A DNA stretch of 64,000 bases, from the NCBI GenBank assembly GCA_044226855.1, contig JBGAGF010000013.1, positions 95,507 to 159,506 of the forward strand, read 5' to 3'. The translations under genes and the position numbers were made by a program. A model generated the notes under the pieces. That model was not told the origin of the DNA. It searched no databases and saw nothing but the letters and a program-made list of their open reading frames with translations. Below, piece after piece: positions 1 to 8,753 of this stretch. Source of the stretch: Aggregatilineales bacterium (GTDB lineage Bacteria > Chloroflexota > Anaerolineae > Aggregatilineales > Phototrophicaceae). Every line of letters starts with the position of its first letter. Positions within the stretch are counted from its first letter, which is position 1.

Positions 1-986
1 AGGACTCCGGTGGTATCATCGAGACCTTGCAATCTGCCAGCGCGGTTGCGCCCATTGCCTTGCCGGATATTACGCTGGTACGCCGGAGCGACCTCACCAC
101 CGCCGCTGAATCTGGTTTCATCCAGCCCCTCCAAGGCCGGGTGACTTCCGCCATCCTCGGCGATTTGTATCCGACGGCGCTTGATCTGGGCCGCGTGGAT
201 GGAACACTCTATGGTCTTGCTTATACCTTGGATGTCGAGCAGATTGCTTATCGTCCGGTGATCCTCAATGGCAGCTTCGCCCATTTCTCGGATGTCCTCA
301 AGGATAAACAGAAATTTGTTTTTCCTGCGGGCGTGACTGAAGGCTTGAGCGATGTCCTGCTTCTGCAATACATCTCAGCGGGTGGCACACTGAACGAACT
401 GGTGCAAGGCAATCCAAATGCCAATGCACTGCTGACTGTCTTGACCTTCTACAAGCAGGCAGTGGATGCCGGAATCATCGACCGCAGCGTGTTGGATTAC
501 GCCCGCCCCGATGATTACCTGTTCCAATTGGGGCAGGGCAAATTTGATGCGGGTGTCGTGACCTCGACCCAATACTTGAACATGCTCTCGAATGGTCAAT
601 CGTTGGAAGCGGCGCCCATCCCCTTAGCAGATGGCGAACCGTCGACCGTGCTCAATGGCTGGATGTGGGTGGTGGTCACGAAGGATAAAGATCGTCAGGC
701 ACTAGCGTTTCGCTTCATCGAGTGGATGCTGGAAGCCAATCGGCTGACCGCTTACAGCCGTCAGATCAATATGCTGCCGTCACGCCGTGCGGCTATGCGC
801 TTATGGAATGCGGGAACCTTTACCGATTTGGCCAACCGTTTGTTGGCGAATGCGCGCTTGCCGTTGGTCGATGGCAATGCCACGACCCTTCGTGCGATGG
901 AGAACGCGCTGGCGGCAGTTATCGCCGGACAGCGTACCCCCGAAGAGGCCGTTTCTGATGTGGTCGAACAGGGGCAGACCCCGTAA
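1..986 (+). CDS. ABC transporter extracellular solute-binding protein, C-terminal part (5' end lies upstream of window)
   Basis: ORF 27..986 stays open in frame back to position 3 with no stop. Composition is typical of family-1 sugar/solute-binding proteins. Confidence 0.65.
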   Translation, partial: DSGGIIETLQSASAVAPIALPDITLVRRSDLTTAAESGFIQPLQGRVTSAILGDLYPTALDLGRVDGTLYGLAYTLDVEQIAYRPVILNGSFAHFSDVLKDKQKFVFPAGVTEGLSDVLLLQYISAGGTLNELVQGNPNANALLTVLTFYKQAVDAGIIDRSVLDYARPDDYLFQLGQGKFDAGVVTSTQYLNMLSNGQSLEAAPIPLADGEPSTVLNGWMWVVVTKDKDRQALAFRFIEWMLEANRLTAYSRQINMLPSRRAAMRLWNAGTFTDLANRLLANARLPLVDGNATTLRAMENALAAVIAGQRTPEEAVSDVVEQGQTP

Positions 987-987
987 G

Positions 988-1350
988 CTACTTGAGCCCT
1001 GCGTTGGCGAGGGCGGTCTTCAGCATATCTAGCTTGATGGGCTTCATGAGATAGCCGGTCGCGCCTGCGCTGGTCGCTTCCTCGGTCATGGGCGGGAAGT
1101 GCGCCGAAATCATGATGATGGGCGTGTTGCGAGTCGCCTCATTTAAGCGCAGCTTGCGGCAAATCTCCAACCCATTGTCATCCGGCAGCATGATGTCCAG
1201 TAGCACGAGGTCAGGTTCCTCATAGGCCAGCCTATCCCACGTTTGCCGTGCGGAAAACGCGGTTATCGCTGTATGACCGATGAGCTTGAGGAAAGTACTG
1301 AGCATCTCGCACGTCAATTGCTCGTCGTCAACCACCAAAATTTTCGCCAT
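988..1350 (-). CDS. single-domain response regulator (CheY-like receiver)
   Basis: 120 aa. MAKILVVDDE..., conserved phospho-acceptor Asp context LLDIMLPDDNG, then K in YLMKPI. No output domain. Confidence 0.85.
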   Translation of the reverse strand: MAKILVVDDEQLTCEMLSTFLKLIGHTAITAFSARQTWDRLAYEEPDLVLLDIMLPDDNGLEICRKLRLNEATRNTPIIMISAHFPPMTEEATSAGATGYLMKPIKLDMLKTALANAGLK

Positions 1351-1453
1351 ACAACCTTATTTCCTTGCAGCGTCCGCGCTGGATAAAAGTGTAATAAAAA
1401 GTGATATACGCCGCAGCAGGACATAAGTCAGCACTTATGAAGATAATTAGCCG

Positions 1454-2611
1454 CTATGCCTGCAACTTCTTTTCATACAGCCGATGCGTTTTGTAAATCG
1501 TCGAGCCAAAACTGAGGGCGATACTTACCATGTTTTCGTTAACTTCCAATATCCACCCTGAATCGGAATATTGAATATTGGGAGACTGTAATAGCGCCAT
1601 CAATACATAATAATATAGCACTGCATCAACACCCTTGTTGCGAAAGGTTTCTTTGACGCCCATCAAGGGGATACGCGCCGTGTCGATGATCGGGCGGAGT
1701 TTCCAATGCCACAGTGCCCGCAGCAGAGAGACAATTTCGGGTACGCCGGGACGGGGATTAGCCGCCTTGAGCACCTGATTGAAATCCGGCACGGCCATCA
1801 CGAAGCCTGCTGGTTCGCCATCCACATTCGCAAAGAACGCGAAACGCGCGTCGAAGAACTGCCCCAAACTCTCGACCATCGCATCCAGTTCTTTAGGGGT
1901 CATCGGCGTGAAGCCCCAGTTTTTGTCCCATGCCGAGTTGTAGAGTTCCTTGAAAAGCTTGAAATCTTCTTTTAGGTTCTTACCATTAATAGGCCGCACG
2001 GTGATCTTATTGCGCTTCATGACTGCCTTAGTCAATCGCTCCAGACGGTCGCCGGTCGCGTGTTCCGCCGCGCCTTTTCGGCTGAGTTCGAAGCTGTATA
2101 AGTCCATCGACTTGGTGAAGCCCGCGCCTTCAATCAGAGTTTTATAGTAGGGATAGTTGTAGGGCATCAGCAGCACTGGACGGGTGAAGCCATCTACCAG
2201 CACGCCGGTATCCTCATGCGTCGTGAAGGTCTGCGGCCCGCGTATCGCGTCGTATCCCTTGGCCTTGACCCACTCCGCAGCCGTGTTCAGTAAGGCCGTC
2301 GCGGCTTCTTGATCCTCAAAAACTTCAAACGCCCCGAACCAGCCGACATGTTCCTGATGGAATTCGTTGTGTCGGTGGTTGATATACGCTGCAATGGTCC
2401 CGACGATCTTATCCCCGCGCCACGCCGCGAAGTAATCACCTTCCATGTATTCCCAGCTCGGGTTCTTCTTATGGTCAAGCTGGTCACGTCGCATTGAAAG
2501 CAGCGGTGGTACCCAATTCGGGTCGTTCTTATATACTGTCCATGGGAACTCGAAGAACGCTTTGAAATCATCCGCATTCTCTACTTTGCGAACTATTACT
2601 GCCTGTGACAT
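1454..2611 (-). CDS. GNAT-fold acyltransferase-like protein (two-lobed, about 385 aa)
   Basis: Long ORF. The N-terminal half has an acetyltransferase-like pattern. Specific family not resolved from sequence. Confidence 0.5.
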   Translation of the reverse strand: MSQAVIVRKVENADDFKAFFEFPWTVYKNDPNWVPPLLSMRRDQLDHKKNPSWEYMEGDYFAAWRGDKIVGTIAAYINHRHNEFHQEHVGWFGAFEVFEDQEAATALLNTAAEWVKAKGYDAIRGPQTFTTHEDTGVLVDGFTRPVLLMPYNYPYYKTLIEGAGFTKSMDLYSFELSRKGAAEHATGDRLERLTKAVMKRNKITVRPINGKNLKEDFKLFKELYNSAWDKNWGFTPMTPKELDAMVESLGQFFDARFAFFANVDGEPAGFVMAVPDFNQVLKAANPRPGVPEIVSLLRALWHWKLRPIIDTARIPLMGVKETFRNKGVDAVLYYYVLMALLQSPNIQYSDSGWILEVNENMVSIALSFGSTIYKTHRLYEKKLQA

Positions 2612-2767
2612 ACCATCGTTTCCAGTCTAAAGCTCGGACAATTCCTGCTTTTGGAGTGCGCATTTTAAAGGGTCAACCGCGCGACTGATAAGTTTACTCT
2701 CTTTTGCTCAGCCCGCAAGAAATCACCTTGACAGCCCTCCCTGCCTTTGCTAACATTCCAACTACCT

Positions 2768-2839
2768 TCCGCAGTAGCTCAACGGCAGAGCAATCGGCTG
2801 TTAACCGATGGGTTCCTGGTTCGAATCCAGGCTGCGGAG
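2768..2839 (+). tRNA. tRNA-Asn (anticodon GTT)
   Basis: Manual fold. 7-bp acceptor stem TCCGCAG/CTGCGGA, D-arm GCTC..GAGC, anticodon stem ATCGG/CCGAT with loop CTGTTAA, T-arm TCCTGG-TTCGAAT-CCAGG, discriminator G. CCA not encoded. Confidence 0.9.
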
Positions 2840-2847
2840 CAAGTCGA

Positions 2848-2875
2848 ACGCCCTGCGCCATGCGGGGCGTTTTCG
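2848..2875 (+). terminator. putative intrinsic terminator after tRNA-Asn
   Basis: Hairpin ACGCCC...GGGCGT followed by TTTT. Confidence 0.5.
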
Positions 2876-2915
2876 ATTCTAAAGCCCATTATTGAAAAAG
2901 GATTTTCGAAGTCAT

Positions 2916-3638
2916 ATGGTTGTCGCTTCCAGCAGCCTCGAATTCTGGCAAAACCCCACCGGCGTTGACATTCTCCACGACCCCCTAAAATTCTTATACA
3001 TCACCGACGAAGCCGAGCACATGATGGTTTCATGGCTGGCACATCGCGTTTTCGAATACCAGCAGCGCAACAGTGGCACCGAGCGCCAGTTCACAAAAAT
3101 GATCATGATCACGATGGGTGCGCTATTACCCGGTGTCTACCTGCAAGATTACATTACCCACTGTGCCACGCCTGATATGCCCAACATCGAGTTCGGGACG
3201 TTCGGCGTTAAATGTTATCTGGGGCCGGGGCAGCCGCTCCAGTATCCGGAGATTGTCCAGCCGTTGTCGATTGATGTGCGCGGCCACACCGTCGGCATGA
3301 TCGAAGACCTCATCGATCTCGGTGGCACGGCTCGCTTTGTGCAGGATACCCTCACCTCACCGCAGTATGGTGCGCGTGAAGTAGTCATCATTGCGCCCTA
3401 TCGTAAGAGTGCTGCCGCCACCAACCAGATGGAAGCCATCACCTTCGGCTTGATCCCGCACGATACTTGGGTCATCACGCCCCGTGAACGCGTCGAAACC
3501 ATGATCAAGCGCGTTCCCTTCTGGGCGCAGCAGGGCGCGGATCGTGCCGCCTGCATCACCAACTTGCGCCGCATCGGCTACCCGCAATATTTGATTGATG
3601 ACTGGTTCGATACCGCTTGGATGCGCGTGGATGTCTAA
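2916..3638 (+). CDS. phosphoribosyltransferase-fold (type I PRTase-like) protein
   Basis: Contains a PRPP-binding-like motif VGMIEDLIDLGGTA (hydrophobic run, two acidic residues, then GGT). Substrate specificity unknown. ATG at 2916 chosen within ORF 2892..3638. Confidence 0.5.
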   Translation: MVVASSSLEFWQNPTGVDILHDPLKFLYITDEAEHMMVSWLAHRVFEYQQRNSGTERQFTKMIMITMGALLPGVYLQDYITHCATPDMPNIEFGTFGVKCYLGPGQPLQYPEIVQPLSIDVRGHTVGMIEDLIDLGGTARFVQDTLTSPQYGAREVVIIAPYRKSAAATNQMEAITFGLIPHDTWVITPRERVETMIKRVPFWAQQGADRAACITNLRRIGYPQYLIDDWFDTAWMRVDV

Positions 3639-3685
3639 AACATCATAATCAACAAAATAGAGGGGATAACCCCTCTTGAATGTTG

Positions 3686-4714
3686 TTAGGCTGCTGCTTC
3701 GACTAACCCCAGTTGTTGCAGCCAACCCAGACGGTTGTATTCTTTATAATCTTCAACGCCGATGCCGTCTTTATTGAAGCGCACGAACACATTGATGATG
3801 AACTTGATCGGTTTGCCACTGGCAGCAAGGGTCACGTCATCCTGTGAAATCGGCTGTTTGAACGTGCCGGTGTATACCAACCGGCCTGCCAGCCAATCGC
3901 CTTCAGCGACCGTGATTTCCATAGCCACATGTAAATCCGGCACCACCTGACGAAAGAGCTGGACTACCTTTTTGAAGGTGTCGCGGGTGAAGTTACCAAA
4001 CGGTTCGTGTGTCAGATAATCTTCAACCATGTATTTATCGATAGCCGTCAAGTCACCCTTGTTGAGCGAATCGTCGATCACCCCTGCGTAACCCTGTTTG
4101 TGGGCTTGTTCCATACCTGCCGATACAGGTTCGCCCAGTACAATCGGGCTAATTTTCCCTGTAACCAATGTATAGGCAATCAAATCCGGCAGCTTGGGCG
4201 CAGCATCCATTTGCAGCAGCATACTCAGCGGGTCAAAGGCGGTGAAGTCTTCGGCTATTTTGCCTTCAGCATCAAAGCGGTGCAGGATATTAAATGCGAT
4301 TTGGACAGCTTTATTGTTTGGTTCAATTGCTTGAGTGCCCAATATCCACTTGTCATTAAATGTTCCTTTAAAGATGACACGGCTGGCCGCCCACTCATCA
4401 TCCTTGTTGGCAATAATCACTTCCGGTGTAACGCGGAAATCTGGCATGGCCGAAACCCACGCCTTGATGAACCCTTTGAATCCGCTCAGGTCGAGGTCTT
4501 CACCAAAGCCGTGATTAACATAATCCGTACTGTAATGGGCATCCAGCAGATCAACATCGCCCTTGCCGATGGCCGTGTCATAAATACTTTGCAGCGTTTG
4601 TTTATGCTGAGCCGCTGCGGCATCGTCCTGTGCCAGACTGATCTCAAACACAAAACAGACCAAGATAACAACAGATAAAACTCGGCTCAGGACGGTTATC
4701 GTTGTGCGCCACAT
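3686..4714 (-). CDS. secreted protein with tandem SnoaL/NTF2-like (ester cyclase-like) domains
   Basis: N-terminal hydrophobic signal-like segment, then two internally similar domains of about 150 aa resembling SnoaL-like polyketide cyclase folds. Confidence 0.5.
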   Translation of the reverse strand: MWRTTITVLSRVLSVVILVCFVFEISLAQDDAAAAQHKQTLQSIYDTAIGKGDVDLLDAHYSTDYVNHGFGEDLDLSGFKGFIKAWVSAMPDFRVTPEVIIANKDDEWAASRVIFKGTFNDKWILGTQAIEPNNKAVQIAFNILHRFDAEGKIAEDFTAFDPLSMLLQMDAAPKLPDLIAYTLVTGKISPIVLGEPVSAGMEQAHKQGYAGVIDDSLNKGDLTAIDKYMVEDYLTHEPFGNFTRDTFKKVVQLFRQVVPDLHVAMEITVAEGDWLAGRLVYTGTFKQPISQDDVTLAASGKPIKFIINVFVRFNKDGIGVEDYKEYNRLGWLQQLGLVEAAA

Positions 4715-4829
4715 ATGTTTTTCCTAATCTAATTGATAGGGAGAGGATAGAAAACAGTATAATAGTGCTTGAGATTAAGGGCAATTTGGCCGCGTGACCG
4801 TGTGTCAGTCAGATGGAAAAGTTGATCGA

Positions 4830-5441
4830 ATGAAACGCAAGTGGTTCTTCAGCGCTTTAGGACTGCTTCTCATCGGTGGGATGTGTTGGATGCTGGTCGG
4901 CATCACTATCAACATTCCGCCCAAATCCCCGCTGCAAAAACTCAATGACGCCCGTGCCTTGTGGCAGGCGAAGGGCAGTCCGAATTATCAGATGGATATC
5001 GCCTTTGGCTCGTTTTCTTATATTGGTGGTTTTAGGCTAATCGTCCATGACAACAAAGTGACAGAAATTTCGGAATTTCCTCTGCTGTACCAAAACGTTA
5101 CTCCCACACCTTTAAGTGACTTGGAAGCGAAATCATTCCAAGCAACTTATTTTGCTCAGACGATTTCGCCTGATTTGAAGCAATATACAGTTGAAAGTTT
5201 ATTTGAAATTGCATCCTCAAAAGTGTCCAATGATGCGTCTCTAATTGCATTTTGCAGTGGTACGATTATGCCAACATTCCCCGATGTTCGCTTCAACTCG
5301 GAATATGGTTACATCGAATCTTATGACTTAGGAAATTGTCCCAAATGGGAAGTGGGTGGAGGGTTAATGTGCCCCATTATTTCAGACTGCAATATGGGTA
5401 TGCATGTTCGTCATTTCGAAATTTTGCCGCAGAGTGAGTGA
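4830..5441 (+). CDS. membrane-anchored hypothetical protein
   Basis: ORF 4794..5441. Internal Met MKRKWFF is followed by one TM helix, which suggests the true start. Confidence 0.45.
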   Translation: MKRKWFFSALGLLLIGGMCWMLVGITINIPPKSPLQKLNDARALWQAKGSPNYQMDIAFGSFSYIGGFRLIVHDNKVTEISEFPLLYQNVTPTPLSDLEAKSFQATYFAQTISPDLKQYTVESLFEIASSKVSNDASLIAFCSGTIMPTFPDVRFNSEYGYIESYDLGNCPKWEVGGGLMCPIISDCNMGMHVRHFEILPQSE

Positions 5442-5449
5442 TTTACAGC

Positions 5450-6243
5450 CTATCCCATCAGAACGGTGATCTGTTTGTAATAGATGCGGATGAACAGTGT
5501 ACCGAGTTGAATTAAGGCGTCGTTCTTGAGGGGAACCGGAACTTGAGCCTGTATGCGACGCCGGTCAACCATCGTGCCGTTAATCGAGTTCAAATCCATC
5601 AGGGTGAGTTTGCCGTTTTCCATCGAGAGCATGGCGTGCTGCCGTGAAACGCCGCATTCCTCGCCGTGAAAATTCTCCAGATTGATATCCATATTCATCC
5701 CGCGCCCGATAAACATCTTGCTGTTTTTGAGCTTAACCTTCAGCGTTTGCGGCAGATAGTCAGGGAAAATCAGCAGGAGTTCGTTGGCTTCCAGTGACGC
5801 CTCTTGCGTTTTAATGACGTCATCGCTGGCATTCATCAAGCTGACGATGGTGGTTTCTTGGGTAATCCGGCTGGAAAGTTTGGTCAGTGATGTAGCGTTC
5901 AAATCCGGCGTGGGCAGCGATTTGATCAGTAAACTCACCTGCTCGTCGTATTTCGCTTGGTCAGCAAAGTCAATCCGTTGCAGATGCCGGATCAGCAGCG
6001 GCAGCGGAGCAGGGCGGTATACAATCGGGATAATGAGCTTGTTCTTCGTATGAAATTCGCGCCATTCCACGCTGACGTTGTTGGAAGTCGAGGCCGTGGG
6101 TGACCAGACCAGCAGCAATACTGTCCTGCCGGAACACTGTGTAGATGGTCAACCCACACGTCAAATGCGTAGCGTTCCAAGCTGTGGCTCAGGTTGTTGA
6201 CGAACTCATCTTCAGCGGAAGAATGGCTAATGAAGACCAGCAT
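5450..6243 (-). pseudogene. TIR-FHA domain protein, disrupted (deletion plus frameshift between TIR beta-B and beta-C)
   Basis: ORF 5992..6243 encodes a TIR N-terminus MLVFISHSSAEDEF...FDVWVDH. Overlapping ORF 5450..6118 in another frame continues with TIR-like LLVWSPT...NNVSVEWREF...IIPIVYRP and ends with a canonical FHA domain (FIGRG...VSRQHA...NGTMV). The frames switch near 6118-6150. Confidence 0.6.
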
Positions 6244-6411
6244 TAATAAAACCTCTGACCGTGATCATGGTACGTCAAAAGTATAGCCATAAAAATATAA
6301 ACCAACCACTAATAGTGCTCAAGGAAGATCGACTTGAAAGCCGTTCATTTCTGGATTTTGATGGTGCCATCAATTATTCGTAACAAGGTTTACTTTGGGG
6401 TTGTCGGCAAA

Positions 6412-6800
6412 CCGTTTCCTAACCCTGCCGCAACCTCGTGCAGAAAATCCTCCCTCACAACGTTAGTGCCACCGGCTTGAAACAGTTACAAAATGTTCTT
6501 CCAAAATGTAACCCGCTACTTTCCTATATGTCGTATGCTCTTTGTAGGGAAAGATGGTTCTTGCCCCTGCAGCGCGCTAACGGGTTAGGCATCACGACTT
6601 TGTCCCACCGTATTTGTATTGGACTAAAGACTGGCTATTTGGCAAAGCTGGCGGCGGACACTCCCCTGCTACGTTTGCCAAAAAACCGGCGGATTCTCGG
6701 CTAAAGCACGTACAAAAGTCATCAAAATGGGCTAATTGCCGCCATCGCCGCCAAAAAATTTGCCAATTTCGCCACCGCCGTTGTCGATCACCTGCCCATT
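6412..6800 (+). repeat. dispersed non-coding repeat, copy A (31-nt conserved core at 6484..6514)
   Basis: Core AGTTACAAAATGTTCTTCCAAAATGTAACCC is identical to 42776..42806 and is the reverse complement (2 mismatches) of 24005..24035. Flanks are recognisably homologous to copies B and C. Confidence 0.7.
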
Positions 6801-6880
6801 TGGTGAGGTTCACAGCTTAACCATAATCGTGTATATAAATATGCACACGATCAGCCACTCACCAACAAAGGACGAACGAC

Positions 6881-7471
6881 ATGGGCAAGGGACGCTTAGA
6901 AGCCTTCAGTGATGGAGTCATCGCCATCATCATCACCATCATGGTGCTCGAACTCAAAGTTCCCCATGAGCCGACGTTTGCCGCGCTCGGCGAACTCATA
7001 CCGATTTTTCTCAGTTATGTGCTTAGCTTTGTCTATATTGGGATTTATTGGAACAACCATCACCACATGCTTCATCTGGCGCGCTCGGTCAATGGCCGTA
7101 TTCTTTGGGCAAATCTCCATCTATTGTTCTGGTTGTCGCTGGTGCCGTTCGTCACCGCGTGGATGGGCGAAAATCATCTCGCCACCGCTCCGGTCGCGCT
7201 TTACGGGGTGTTATTGGATCTTAGCGGTCTGGCCTACTATATTTTGAGCCGGACACTGATTGCTCATTTGGGGCACGACTCGGAACTGGCTGTCGCTGTC
7301 GGTAACGATCGCAAAGGGTTATTGTCGCTGGTCATTTATACGACAGGCATTATTGTGGCTTTTTTCAATACGTGGATTGCGTTTGCTTTGTACGTGGTCG
7401 TCGCGCTCATCTGGTTCGTTCCCGACTCGCGGATTGAGCGTTTGGTCATGAATAGAGATGGAAAAAGCTAA
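6881..7471 (+). CDS. TMEM175/DUF1211 family membrane protein (putative K+ channel-like)
   Basis: N-terminal RLEAFSDGVIAIIITIMVLEL signature and multiple TM helices. Confidence 0.65.
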   Translation: MGKGRLEAFSDGVIAIIITIMVLELKVPHEPTFAALGELIPIFLSYVLSFVYIGIYWNNHHHMLHLARSVNGRILWANLHLLFWLSLVPFVTAWMGENHLATAPVALYGVLLDLSGLAYYILSRTLIAHLGHDSELAVAVGNDRKGLLSLVIYTTGIIVAFFNTWIAFALYVVVALIWFVPDSRIERLVMNRDGKS

Positions 7472-8061
7472 CCGAGGCTGGCTTTGAAACCCATTGGATA
7501 ACGGGCTGTCCATTCTTCTCGCAGCACGCCGTAGCCCATCCCGTCATAATATTGGCCGTCCACAATTCGCGCCTTACGGAACCGGGCTTCTTCTTTATAG
7601 CCGAGCTTTTGCGCCAGCCGCATCATACCTGCGTTGCCTGACCATGTCCGCAGGTCAAGCCGTGCGAAGGCCGGTTGTGTTTGGAGGAGATAATCGCTCC
7701 AGAGTCCTAGCGCTTCGTAACCGATCCCTTTGCGCCAGTTTTGAGGGTCATAAATCACAATGCCCAGCGCGGGCCAATGGGTTTCCTCACTGATCCAGTA
7801 CCATGACACTTGCCCGACCATCTGGTTGTTGTCTGGTGTCACGACGATCAGTTGATGCCGTGGGCTGGGCCAATCTGCGAACTCAATCGCGTTCTGCTGG
7901 TTCTCGATAATCTCTGGAATTTCATCCGTTGTCGGGCCGGGATAGTAAGGACCATCAAGTTTCTTCCACTCATGACCGGGTTTTAACCAGTGGGCATAGG
8001 CTTTGAGATCGGTTTCTTCCCAATCGCGCAGAATGAGTTGTTTTCCAGAGATTTTCATCAT
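7468..8061 (-). CDS. GNAT family N-acetyltransferase (RimJ/RimL-like)
   Basis: 197 aa with an acetyltransferase fold pattern. 4-bp overlap with the upstream gene. Confidence 0.65.
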   Translation of the reverse strand: MMKISGKQLILRDWEETDLKAYAHWLKPGHEWKKLDGPYYPGPTTDEIPEIIENQQNAIEFADWPSPRHQLIVVTPDNNQMVGQVSWYWISEETHWPALGIVIYDPQNWRKGIGYEALGLWSDYLLQTQPAFARLDLRTWSGNAGMMRLAQKLGYKEEARFRKARIVDGQYYDGMGYGVLREEWTARYPMGFKASLG

Positions 8062-8063
8062 TG

Positions 8064-8645
8064 TTAACCTTTCACGGCTGGATGATAGAGCGTTCCGACT
8101 ACCTGAAACCAGAATGGTTCGCCCGGTGTTGGGTTCTGCTCGACCACCATGCCCAGCTTACGCATCACGGCTTGGGAGCCTTCGTTCTCAAACTCGGTGG
8201 TCGCGATAATCCGGCGAAGGTTTAGTTCGCTAAACATGTAATCAATTAGTGCCTGCGCTGCCTCGGATGCATAGCCTTTCCGCTGATGCTCCGGCGCAAT
8301 CGCCCAGAATAATCCAAACTCCGGTTGGTTGAAGGTGTCTTCAGGTTCTCCATTTTTCCGGAAGGAGGGCAGCCGTTGATAGGGTCCAAGCGCGGGCGCG
8401 ATGCCCACGGCACCGATCAATTCGCCTGTCGCTTTGAGCACAACGCCTCGCTCACCATAAAGCGGCTGATGAAGTCGGGCGAGTGCGACATAATTGCGCA
8501 CCGTCCAGTCCAGCCATTCACGGCGTTCGTCCATCGGGGAGTCTCCGAAGCAGGCGTTCAGAATGACATGGATGCGATCCAGATCATCCAGTTTCAGCGG
8601 GCGAATGGTGAGGCGTGAGGTATCAAAGTTAAGGCCATCAGTCAT
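8064..8645 (-). CDS. GNAT family N-acetyltransferase (RimJ/RimL-like)
   Basis: 193 aa. Start LTIRPL...DLDRI is typical of RimL-like GNATs, with a QRKGYASEA acetyl-CoA motif. Confidence 0.7.
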   Translation of the reverse strand: MTDGLNFDTSRLTIRPLKLDDLDRIHVILNACFGDSPMDERREWLDWTVRNYVALARLHQPLYGERGVVLKATGELIGAVGIAPALGPYQRLPSFRKNGEPEDTFNQPEFGLFWAIAPEHQRKGYASEAAQALIDYMFSELNLRRIIATTEFENEGSQAVMRKLGMVVEQNPTPGEPFWFQVVGTLYHPAVKG

Positions 8646-8753
8646 GTGTTCAACTTTCTGTGAAATTCGGTTAATAACAGGTCAAATTGTGTCATAACAC
8701 GCATAAAAGGGCAATACTGTACGGTCCACACCCATTACTCAGGCGGGGAGCAA

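Noticed and set aside
6438-6820. Three short overlapping ORFs (6438..6704, 6592..6813, 6614..6820) in repeat copy A
   Set aside because: Same reasoning. They lie within the non-coding repeat, have no RBS, and are not frame-conserved with the other copies.
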